The position numbers and the translations under genes were made by a program. Under the pieces are notes generated by a model. That model was not told where the DNA came from. It did not search any database and saw only the letters and a program-made list of their open reading frames with translations. Below are positions 52,812 through 61,806 of a stretch of 64,000 nt of DNA, in pieces. Origin of the DNA: a bacterium (GTDB lineage: Bacteria; Patescibacteriota; UBA1384; 2-12-FULL-50-11). Position 1 is the first letter of the stretch. Each line of letters opens with the position of its first letter. Location of the stretch: positions 88,380 through 152,379 of the forward strand of contig JAJTYJ010000003.1 in NCBI GenBank assembly GCA_021463485.1. The letters are read 5' to 3'.

Positions 52812-53795
52812 ATGCTAACACCGGAAACGCAGTTCGGTCCAAAGAGAAAAAAGCGCTTACCACTCGTGCTTATTATTCTTATATCTCTATTTTTGGTGCC
52901 AGCAGCTACCAATAATATTGAAGCTACCACCGACACTACTACGTTGCCAGACATTTCTGTACAACTCTCCGATACAACTAGTTATCTCTCAGTTAAAGAT
53001 GGTGCTCGTAGACCACTTGTTTACGCAAAATCGGTGTTACTAATGAACGCTGAAACTGGAGAAGAGTTATGGTCTGATAACGCCGACGAAGTGGTGGCAG
53101 TCGCCTCAACAACCAAAATGACAACCGCATTAACTGCTCGCAAATTACTTAAACTAGATGAAGTTGTTACCGTCACACGATCGTCTGTGTTAGTCGCAGG
53201 ATCAAAAATACAACTCGCAGTTGGCGAACGGATTACGGTGGAGAACTTACTAAAAGGACTATTAATACAGTCCGGAAACGACACAGCGTTTGCGTTGGCC
53301 GAGCATTACGGCCAGAAGCACGGCGGTGATTATAAACTGTTTGTCGATGAAATGAATAAGTTTTCAGAACAAAATAATCTGACGCTCTCTAAATACAACG
53401 ACCCAGCAGGACTTGACGACGAAGTTGGTCGCTCGACTGCTCGGACACTTGCTCACACCGCTAGATTATTACTACGTGATTCGGTCTTATCTGAAATCGT
53501 GCGGACACCGACTGAGACAATCTATTCAGTCGATAACAAGTACTCACACGAGCTAAAAAACTCTAACCGCTTACTATTAGCCGACACACCGTATTACATG
53601 CCTGGTGCTATCGGTATAAAAACTGGCTTCACTCACGGCGCCGGTCACTGCTTGGTAGCTGGGTATAAAACATCGGTCGGTACCGTGATCGGCGTAGTAT
53701 TGAATACGAACGAATACACCATTACTGCCTCTGCTGCAGAGATGAAGAAACTCTTCCAATGGGCTGAGAACAATGTTCTTGAGAAAAACTACTAA
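52812..53795 (+). CDS. Serine-type D-Ala-D-Ala carboxypeptidase (peptidase S11, PBP5-like)
   Basis: SxxK (ASTTKMTT), SGN (QSGNDTA), KTG (GIKTGFT); N-terminal TM/signal. Confidence 0.8.
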   Translation: MLTPETQFGPKRKKRLPLVLIILISLFLVPAATNNIEATTDTTTLPDISVQLSDTTSYLSVKDGARRPLVYAKSVLLMNAETGEELWSDNADEVVAVASTTKMTTALTARKLLKLDEVVTVTRSSVLVAGSKIQLAVGERITVENLLKGLLIQSGNDTAFALAEHYGQKHGGDYKLFVDEMNKFSEQNNLTLSKYNDPAGLDDEVGRSTARTLAHTARLLLRDSVLSEIVRTPTETIYSVDNKYSHELKNSNRLLLADTPYYMPGAIGIKTGFTHGAGHCLVAGYKTSVGTVIGVVLNTNEYTITASAAEMKKLFQWAENNVLEKNY

Positions 53796-53808
53796 TCAAC
53801 CAAGGTAT

Positions 53809-53837
53809 TGACAATACTTAGAATGAGTATAGTAATA
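53809..53837 (+). promoter_or_regulatory. Putative promoter TTGACA-17-AGTAAT
   Basis: AT-rich spacer upstream of the AGGAAAGGAG RBS of gene 53898. Confidence 0.35.
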
Positions 53838-53870
53838 AGTGATTAGAAGTAATTACAAAAGTGTTAATAA

Positions 53871-54578
<708 letters not shown>

Positions 54579-54595
54579 ATAACTTAAAACTCAAC

Positions 54596-54622
54596 AAAAA
54601 AGACCCAACCGGGTCTTTTTTG
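54596..54622. terminator. Bidirectional rho-independent terminator
   Basis: A6-GACCC-AACC-GGGTC-T6 between convergent genes. Confidence 0.8.
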
Positions 54623-55336
54623 TTATTTATCAGCAATAAATTTTTGCCAAGCCGCGAGCGCGTTGGCGGCAGCGATCTGTTCGGCTCGTTGTTTTGAGGA
54701 GCCCTGTCCTTCAGCGATTAGTTTTGCCTTGGCGTAAACGCCAACGGTGAACGTTTTGTTATGGTCAGGACCTTCGTCTTTGATAACTCTATATTCGGGC
54801 GTAACGCTTAGTGCTTCCTGTGAAAGTTCCTGTAAATGCGATTTTGGATCGATGTATAATTTCTTCTCAATAATCTCTGGTAGTAGACTTATGAGATGCT
54901 CTTGAATGAACGTAGTAGCAGCTGTGTAGCCCCGGTCGAGGTAAATCGCTCCAATAATAGCTTCAACAGCGTTTGCGAGTATTAAATTACGTGCCCTGCC
55001 GCCGCTTTTTTCTTCGCCCTTGCTCATCCGCAGTATCGAACCAACACCGAGATCGATCGCAACTTTCGCTAGGACTTCGCCCTTAACGATTGCGCTACGC
55101 CAGTTTGTTAGTTCACCTTCAGGGTTTGGAAAGTTCTTGTAAAGGTATTCTGTTACAACCAATTCAAGCACGGCGTCGCCAAGAAATTCCAGCCGCTCGT
55201 TATGTTCTTGTGATTTATCGTTCGTTTCGTTTAAAAACGAACGGTGCGTCAGCGCAATTTGCAGTAACTGAGGGCTCTTAAAGCTGACGCCGATTTTCTT
55301 CTCGAATTCGGTGAGATCACTTAGCTTCTGGTTCAT
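54623..55336 (-). CDS. rnc: Ribonuclease III
   Basis: ERLEFLGDAVLELVVTEYLY RNase III signature plus a C-terminal dsRBD. Confidence 0.93.
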   Translation of the reverse strand: MNQKLSDLTEFEKKIGVSFKSPQLLQIALTHRSFLNETNDKSQEHNERLEFLGDAVLELVVTEYLYKNFPNPEGELTNWRSAIVKGEVLAKVAIDLGVGSILRMSKGEEKSGGRARNLILANAVEAIIGAIYLDRGYTAATTFIQEHLISLLPEIIEKKLYIDPKSHLQELSQEALSVTPEYRVIKDEGPDHNKTFTVGVYAKAKLIAEGQGSSKQRAEQIAAANALAAWQKFIADK

Positions 55337-55772
55337 CAGCGGGTTTTATTTCTTCTTCGACGTAGCGGTCGCTGTTGCGATAAAGTGTTCCCAGTACGCC
55401 GTTAATAAACTTCGACGAGTTCTCGCCACCAAACGTCTTTGCGATCTCAACTGCCTCGTTAATGGCAACTTTTGGCGGAATGTCCTCGTCTTTTAGTAGC
55501 TCATATGCCGCTAGGCGCAAAATACTTTTATCGATTATTGAGATTTGATCGAGCGGCCATTCGGGCGCTGCATCGGCAATAAGTTGATCGATCTCTTCTT
55601 TAAATTCAACCGTTCCCTCTACAACACGGTGAACGTAATCTACGTCCACGTCTTTTTTTACCGGCTCCATCACACGATCAGCAATTTCAACGATGGTTTG
55701 ATTCTGATGGAAGTCCCACTCGTAGAGCGACTGCATGGCAATCGTTCGCGATAGGTGGCGGTTTACCGACAT
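55317..55772 (-). CDS. nusB: Transcription antitermination factor NusB
   Basis: RTIAMQSLYEWD…ILRLAAYELL…KVAINEAVEIAKTFG. Confidence 0.85.
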   Translation of the reverse strand: MSVNRHLSRTIAMQSLYEWDFHQNQTIVEIADRVMEPVKKDVDVDYVHRVVEGTVEFKEEIDQLIADAAPEWPLDQISIIDKSILRLAAYELLKDEDIPPKVAINEAVEIAKTFGGENSSKFINGVLGTLYRNSDRYVEEEIKPADEPEAK

Positions 55773-55774
55773 CG

Positions 55775-55987
55775 TTATTTAGATTCTTGATCTAAGACGA
55801 TTCGCTTGGTTGGCGCGCTCTGAGTAACTGACTTACCGTTATAAAAACCGCAATGCGGGCAAACAACGTGAGGAAGCGTAGGTTTCTTGCAGTTAGTGCA
55901 AGTTGTTACTTCCAAATCAGTTGCCTTGTACTGGGCTCGACGTAAATTTGTTCGAGTTTTGGATAACTTTTTCTTTGGCTCTGCCAT
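55775..55987 (-). CDS. rpmF: 50S ribosomal protein L32
   Basis: MAEPKKKLSKTRTNLRRAQ…CTNCKKP…CPHCGFY zinc ribbon. Confidence 0.88.
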   Translation of the reverse strand: MAEPKKKLSKTRTNLRRAQYKATDLEVTTCTNCKKPTLPHVVCPHCGFYNGKSVTQSAPTKRIVLDQESK

Positions 55988-56011
55988 TGTTTATATAGTA
56001 TACAGCAGTTT

Positions 56012-58831
56012 CTACCCTGAAACAATGAGATTAAGCACTTCACCGGGCTTATAAATACGCTTAACAATGGGGCGATTGAGTAGCGTTTTCTCAACTTGAG
56101 GATCTTGTAGCGCGGCAGAAACTGCTGACTCTTCGTCATCAGCGGTAAGTTCAACAGTGGCAATAAACTTCTGGTTTATTAGCACTTTAATTGTTTCTAA
56201 GCGCTCAATAGTCGTTGCCTTTGGCCAGCTTGCCGCAAACACCGACCCCGGATAATTAGAACTAAACGATTTCTCCCAAAGTTCCTCCGCCAGAAACGGG
56301 TAGATAGGGGAGAGAGTAATAATAAATTTCTGGAAATCGCCGCGAGAAATAGTTTCCAACTTCTCCCAATTATTTATTAATTTCATCGCCTCGGCGACTA
56401 CTGTATTAAGCCTGAATTCAGCGATCATCGGTTCGATAGATGCTAAATAATTATTCAACTCATCGCTCGGCTTGGCTGAATCGGATACTTTTTCTACAAG
56501 TTTATACAGCCGAATCAGGAAACGATGAATGCCGCTGATGCCGCGCGGATTCCATTCGACGTCAATCTCCATCGGACCCATAAACAGCTCGTAACCACGC
56601 AGTGCGTCGGTACCGTAATGCTCAATAAGCGGATCTGGTGATACAACGTTCCCCTTGCTCTTACTCATCTTACTGCCGTGTAGGTTAACCATGCCGATGT
56701 TGTAGAGCTGCATGAACGGCTCGGTTATCTTTGCGTCGATGTAACCGTGCTTAGCCAAGAAACGAGTAACAAATCGCGCGTACAATAAATGAAGCGTCGC
56801 GTGCTCGATACCGCCGATATACAAATCGACTGGCAGCCAATCATTAACTGTTTTTTTATCAAACGCTTGCTTTTCGTCGGTAGGGGATAGGTATCGCAAA
56901 AAGTACCACGACGAGTCGACGAAGGTGTCTAGAGTGTCGGTGTCGAAATACCACCCCTTGCCGTAGAGCGTTTCGGCGCGTTCTTTATATTCTGCCGAGC
57001 GAGCAATAGGACTTTCGCCGCCTGGCAGAAAGTCGACGTCTTCAGGAAGTCTAAGCGGTAAATGCTCCTCCTTAACAGGGTGTGGCTGTCCCTGTGGATC
57101 GTAAACGATCGGAATCGGCGCACCCCAGTATCGCTGACGGCTGACTAACCAGTCCCTCAGACGATACGTTGTAACGGCTTTCCCAAGTTTTTTCTTTTCA
57201 AGATCTTTCGTTATTTTTTCTGATGCTTCGTCGCTGCTTAATCCGGAGTACGAACCAGAATCAGTCAAACGACCCTTGCCGGTGTAAATTTGCTTATTAA
57301 CCAGGAAGTGAAATGAGAGAATATGCGACTCGTCTACAATTAAACGCTCGACCTCAGATTTAGTTAGCCACTCGATCTTAAATTTATCGATCTCGTTGTC
57401 TTCTAATTTTGTTGGGTCTTGCTTTTTACTTTTTAACCTAAAGTGAAGCCCCGTAACGTCAATAATCCGATTAACACCCTTTGAGTAAGCGCGGTAATGG
57501 TGGTGTAGCGTGCCGGTCTGCCCGATTAGCTCTAAGTCAGTGTAACCAGTTTCTTCAGCAATTTCGCGCCGAGCTGTAATTTCCGCATCTTCATTATTAT
57601 CTCTACCACCCCCGATAAAAAGTTGACCTCCAAGCTCTTTGCCCCAATTAAGCGTTAAGAATTTGCCTGTAGTTGGGTCTTCGACGATCGCGATAATGCT
57701 TTCACGAAATTCCTCGTTATCTAATACTTCACCGGTTTCAGGCTCGATTACTGGTTTAATTGGTAGTTTGTGTGTAGTTGCGAACTGGTAATCTCGCTCA
57801 TCATGAGCCGGCACGCACATCACCGCCCCAGTGCCGTATTCTAACAACACGTAATCAGCTAGGTAAATTGGAATTTCTTTATTGGTTAGCGGGTGGATTG
57901 CGAAACTACCGGTTTCGTAGGCCGTTTTTTCCGACTCTTTAGCTTGGGCGCGATCAACGTTGGTTTTAGCAGATACCGTTTGTAGATACTCCTGAAAACC
58001 ACCGCTACGCTCTGGTACTACTAACTCTTTTGCCAACTGGTGTTCAGGCGCTAACACAATCGCGGTTACGCCAAAAATCGTATCGATCCGAGTAGTGAAT
58101 ACCGGTATCTCGCTTGCTGAATCTTTAATTTTAAAGGAGAGCTCAACACCAACGGACTTACCGATCCAATTGCGTTGCAGGCTTTTTACCCGCTCCGGCC
58201 ACTTCACCTGCTCCAACCCATCGATCAGTTCTTGTGAGTACTTGGAAGTTTTTAAATACCACTGCGAGAGCTCTTTCTTGGTTACCTTGGCGCCGCAGCG
58301 ATCACAACAGCCGTTAACTACCTGTTCGTTTGCTAATACAGTCTGGTCGTTCGGACACCAGTTCACGAGCGATTTTCGCTTTTCGGCCATACCGTGTTTG
58401 AAAAACTGCAAAAACAGCCATTGCGTCCAGCGGTAATACTCTGGATCAGACGTGACTACGCGCTTTGACCAGTCGAAACATGCACCGAGCTGATTAAGTT
58501 GTTTTGTAAACGACTCTATGGCGTTGTCGGTAAACTTTTTCGGATGTGACTTATGTTTGATTGCCGCATTTTCAGCCGGCAAACCGAAGGCATCGAAGCC
58601 CATCGGATGAAGTACAGTCTTCCCTTGTAACATCTGGTAGCGCGCGTAAAAATCGCTCATAACGTATCCGCGCCAGTGGCCAACGTGCAAACCGTCACCA
58701 GAAGGGTACGGGAACATGTCTAGACAATAATATTTATCTTTACTCGATAAATCGGCAGTAGAAAGTTTATTTTTTTCCCAAACATCTCGCCATTTCTGCT
58801 CGATTTTTTGATGATTATAGTGACGATCCAT
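56012..58831 (-). CDS. leuS: Leucine-tRNA ligase with an embedded Nudix hydrolase domain (939 aa)
   Basis: HIGH (PYPSGDGLHVGH) and KMSKS present; CP1 editing domain (TTRIDTIFGVT…GTGAVMCVPAHDERDYQFA); a ~140-aa insert with a textbook Nudix box GGRDNNEDAEITARREIAEETGY lies before RLRDWLVSRQRYWG. Confidence 0.95.
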   Translation of the reverse strand: MDRHYNHQKIEQKWRDVWEKNKLSTADLSSKDKYYCLDMFPYPSGDGLHVGHWRGYVMSDFYARYQMLQGKTVLHPMGFDAFGLPAENAAIKHKSHPKKFTDNAIESFTKQLNQLGACFDWSKRVVTSDPEYYRWTQWLFLQFFKHGMAEKRKSLVNWCPNDQTVLANEQVVNGCCDRCGAKVTKKELSQWYLKTSKYSQELIDGLEQVKWPERVKSLQRNWIGKSVGVELSFKIKDSASEIPVFTTRIDTIFGVTAIVLAPEHQLAKELVVPERSGGFQEYLQTVSAKTNVDRAQAKESEKTAYETGSFAIHPLTNKEIPIYLADYVLLEYGTGAVMCVPAHDERDYQFATTHKLPIKPVIEPETGEVLDNEEFRESIIAIVEDPTTGKFLTLNWGKELGGQLFIGGGRDNNEDAEITARREIAEETGYTDLELIGQTGTLHHHYRAYSKGVNRIIDVTGLHFRLKSKKQDPTKLEDNEIDKFKIEWLTKSEVERLIVDESHILSFHFLVNKQIYTGKGRLTDSGSYSGLSSDEASEKITKDLEKKKLGKAVTTYRLRDWLVSRQRYWGAPIPIVYDPQGQPHPVKEEHLPLRLPEDVDFLPGGESPIARSAEYKERAETLYGKGWYFDTDTLDTFVDSSWYFLRYLSPTDEKQAFDKKTVNDWLPVDLYIGGIEHATLHLLYARFVTRFLAKHGYIDAKITEPFMQLYNIGMVNLHGSKMSKSKGNVVSPDPLIEHYGTDALRGYELFMGPMEIDVEWNPRGISGIHRFLIRLYKLVEKVSDSAKPSDELNNYLASIEPMIAEFRLNTVVAEAMKLINNWEKLETISRGDFQKFIITLSPIYPFLAEELWEKSFSSNYPGSVFAASWPKATTIERLETIKVLINQKFIATVELTADDEESAVSAALQDPQVEKTLLNRPIVKRIYKPGEVLNLIVSG

Positions 58832-58914
58832 TACCTGTAAGTATATCTGTAACTAAAAAAACTGCCTAGCAGTTGCGAAGTTTTTAAACGAGGTTAAAGT
58901 AGGGGAGAGGAGTA

Positions 58915-59082
58915 ATGGAAAATATTAATCAATTTCTCGATTCACCGATGTTACGCTCGATAGCGGGCGGGGCAATAATTTTTATTATCGGATTAATTTT
59001 TCTTAAAAATCAAATTGTTAAGTTACTTATTCTTACGGTGTTAGTTGCCGCTGCGATTTTCTTCTACAACAACTATCGATGA
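58915..59082 (+). CDS. Small 2-TM membrane protein (55 aa), not in ORF track
   Basis: GGAGAGGAG RBS; ATGA coupled to the downstream ferric-reductase gene. Confidence 0.5.
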   Translation: MENINQFLDSPMLRSIAGGAIIFIIGLIFLKNQIVKLLILTVLVAAAIFFYNNYR

Positions 59083-60371
59083 GGAAAAATTGGGGTTGGG
59101 TTCTCGTAATTGTTACGGCGCTTTTTCCGATAATTCTTTGGATGTTGGCGGCTCCGATAAACACTAGATTCACCTCAGCGAGCGTTAGTATACTAAGCCT
59201 CTCTCAAATTTGTGCGCTTACCGGCGCGTCATTCTTTGCCTGGAACTTTATTTTAGCTGCGCGGTTACGGTGGTTGGAAAGTGGTTTCGGTGGATTAAAT
59301 AAAGTCTTTGTCGCTCACCACACGTTTGGCGGGGTTGCGTTTGTTCTACTGCTTCTGCACGCAATTCTTGTTATGGCGCAATATCTGCCGATTTCGATCT
59401 CGCTCACGGGAGAAATGTTGATTGACGTCTCTGATTTGTCAAAAAACCTCGGTCGCTTAACACTTGGCATTATTATGACGGTTCTAATTATCACTTATTA
59501 CTTTCCGCTCAAACACAACACCTGGAAGTGGACGCATCAGATTATCGGAGCAGCGTTATTTACGGGTTTTGCGCATGTTTTTATCGTCCCGAGCGACGTC
59601 GCGAACTACTTGCCGTTACGCTACTGGATGTTGGGAATACTGCTTTCTGGAATCATTGCGTATTGCTACCGGGTACTATTTGGTAGGTATCTGGTGTCGC
59701 GCTACAAATACACAGTTACCGATATTAAAAAGTTCCCAAACAATATTATGGAGATTGTACTAACGCCGACCGCCGACTCTATGCAGTACAGACCAGGGCA
59801 ATTTGTTTTTATTAGTTTTATCCAAAACGGAATCACTACCGAATTCCACCCATTTTCCATTACCTCCGATAGCAGCTCAAAACAACTCTCAATAGGAATT
59901 AAGCGGCTCGGCGACTACACTGAAACACTTTCTAGTTTGGAACGGGGCACAGAAGCAAAAATTGAAGGTCCGTTCGGTCGTTTTTACATACAAAAAAATC
60001 ATCACGCCGACCAAATCTGGGTCGCGGGCGGAATCGGTATTACGCCGTTTTTGAGTATGATTCGCAGCCAAAAAGTAATCGATGGCGGTAAAGTTTGGTT
60101 ATTCTACTCAGTTAACACCATCGACGAAGCGGTCTTTCTTCCAGAACTTATTGCCTACGCAAAAGAAAATGAAGATTTTATATTAATTCTTCACGAAACT
60201 AAGCGAAACGGTTACATTAGCGCCGAAATTATTTCTAAAAAAGTGGGGGAACTTACGAATAAAGAGATCTTCCTCTGCGGTCCGCCACCGATGATGAAGT
60301 CGCTTCGTGGACAATTTGTTTCAATTGGCGTTAACAACAATGTAATTCATTCAGAGGAGTTTACACTCTAA
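59079..60371 (+). CDS. NOX/ferric-reductase-like flavocytochrome (6-TM bis-heme domain + FAD + NAD(P)H-binding domains)
   Basis: TM His pairs (HHTFGGVAFVLLLLH…); FAD motif HPFSITS; NAD(P) motif GGIGITPF; C-terminal CGPPPM. Confidence 0.8.
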   Translation: MRKNWGWVLVIVTALFPIILWMLAAPINTRFTSASVSILSLSQICALTGASFFAWNFILAARLRWLESGFGGLNKVFVAHHTFGGVAFVLLLLHAILVMAQYLPISISLTGEMLIDVSDLSKNLGRLTLGIIMTVLIITYYFPLKHNTWKWTHQIIGAALFTGFAHVFIVPSDVANYLPLRYWMLGILLSGIIAYCYRVLFGRYLVSRYKYTVTDIKKFPNNIMEIVLTPTADSMQYRPGQFVFISFIQNGITTEFHPFSITSDSSSKQLSIGIKRLGDYTETLSSLERGTEAKIEGPFGRFYIQKNHHADQIWVAGGIGITPFLSMIRSQKVIDGGKVWLFYSVNTIDEAVFLPELIAYAKENEDFILILHETKRNGYISAEIISKKVGELTNKEIFLCGPPPMMKSLRGQFVSIGVNNNVIHSEEFTL

Positions 60372-60474
60372 TGTTACAACGAATTATCGATATTACCTTA
60401 GCAATCTATATATTGTTTACAATAATTTTTATTTTAATCGCAGTGCTGTAAATCTGTGGTTCACGACGGCAAAA

Positions 60475-60488
60475 GACCGAACCGGGTT
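60475..60488 (+). repeat. Degenerate direct repeat of the tRNA-Ala 3' end (GACCGAACCGGGTT vs GACCGTACCGGGTT)
   Basis: 13/14 identity, same orientation as the tRNA copy at 61708-61721, 1.2 kb from the tRNA 3' end; also part of a local hairpin, so it could be coincidental. Confidence 0.3.
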
Positions 60489-60754
60489 ACGTTCGGCGCT
60501 ATTCTTCTATGAGCCAGGAAGATGAGTTATTGGCACGAAGAATTGTTTTCTTAAAAGAACTTTACAATCAATTTGGTCAGGGAGAAGACGGTATTCCGTC
60601 CGCCAAGAAAAGAAAGCGAAGGAAGTGAACTACTACCAAATCATCTCAGCGATGGGGAAAGAAGCGGTCAAGCGAAAGAAAGCCGAAGATGAGATGGTGT
60701 TCCTAACGTCTTGCTTTATTGTGGATGTGACTTTTTGATGTATGGAGATGCATA

Positions 60755-61555
60755 TCAACCGCCCGTTTTGCCGAATGACTTTGAGAAAAGCTCCTTACGA
60801 ATGGCCTCAATCTCGGTCTTTGCTTGTAGTGCCAACTCTCCTTCCCACTCAGGCAGCGAAAGGGCTATCCTTGAGAAATAAGATACGCCCGTGACAAGTG
60901 CGTGCTCTACGGAAGTTTTTGACCAGCTTTCTAGTCTGTCCGTAAGTACGTAATGAATAACGCCATTGGGCGTAGGATGGTTCTGCTGATTCCCCGCCCT
61001 CCAAGACCACTTAATTAACTCCTTCTCACTATCTCGTTTTATCAAGCCGGATTTAGAAAGATCCTCTATCATTTGCATCATATTCACGGACCGCCAGGGG
61101 AGAAGTCGACCGCGGTCATCTACGCCGAGTCTCCTCTCGGCTACGGGCATTGTCTCGCAGAGCTTTTTCAGGAGATCCTGCTTTGGCTTCCGACCAGCTT
61201 TCTCTATTGTCGTTACTTCATCTTGGATTTCCTGCGCTTGGTAAAGCCAAAATTTCCTGGCATATTCCTTGGGATCAGTCAGCTTTACCCACTCGATTGT
61301 CACCGTATCTTCCAATAAGCCGCGCTGAAGATCAATGAGTGGGCCAGCGGTTATAACGTCTTCCTCTGTCTCAATCAACTTCACAATACAACGAAATGAG
61401 AAGTATGCTTTCCTGAACAGTCCTTCGATGAACTGCGAATAGTCCTCGTCGTCGGAATATTTAATGGGACCATTCACTAATGGTTCAACTGCTAGAAGTA
61501 GTCGCTGCGCTAATGATAAGATTCTATTTCTAATACCAGCTTCCATTTGGTTCAT
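60755..61555 (-). CDS. Hypothetical protein (266 aa) in a tRNA-adjacent islet
   Basis: Long ORF with no recognisable family; flanked by tRNA-Ala and a degraded intergenic stretch with short ORF remnants. Confidence 0.55.
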   Translation of the reverse strand: MNQMEAGIRNRILSLAQRLLLAVEPLVNGPIKYSDDEDYSQFIEGLFRKAYFSFRCIVKLIETEEDVITAGPLIDLQRGLLEDTVTIEWVKLTDPKEYARKFWLYQAQEIQDEVTTIEKAGRKPKQDLLKKLCETMPVAERRLGVDDRGRLLPWRSVNMMQMIEDLSKSGLIKRDSEKELIKWSWRAGNQQNHPTPNGVIHYVLTDRLESWSKTSVEHALVTGVSYFSRIALSLPEWEGELALQAKTEIEAIRKELFSKSFGKTGG

Positions 61556-61706
61556 TTAAACCCATACGGTGGTCTTGTCAAATTCTCCCGCCCTACTGAC
61601 GTGCGACGTCAAATGGTTCACCATTTACGTACTCAGTAATGACCATCAGACCCATAAATAGCATCACAAACCGTATGAAAAACGTTTCATGTACGAAACA
61701 AGTCTG

Positions 61707-61779
61707 TGGACCGTACCGGGTTCGAACCGGTGACCTCTTCCATGCCATGGAAGCGCGCTACCAGCTGCGCCAACGGCCC
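61707..61779 (-). tRNA. tRNA-Ala (anticodon GGC); CCA not encoded
   Basis: Cloverleaf GGGCCGT-T-G-GCGC-AGCTGGTA-GCGC-G-CTTCC-ATGGCAT-GGAAG-AGGTC-ACCGG-TTCGAAC-CCGGT-ACGGTCC-A; G3:U70 alanine identity pair; GGTTCGAA T-loop. Confidence 0.85.
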
Positions 61780-61806
61780 GATGTTGGAAATTATACCAGA
61801 GAAAGC

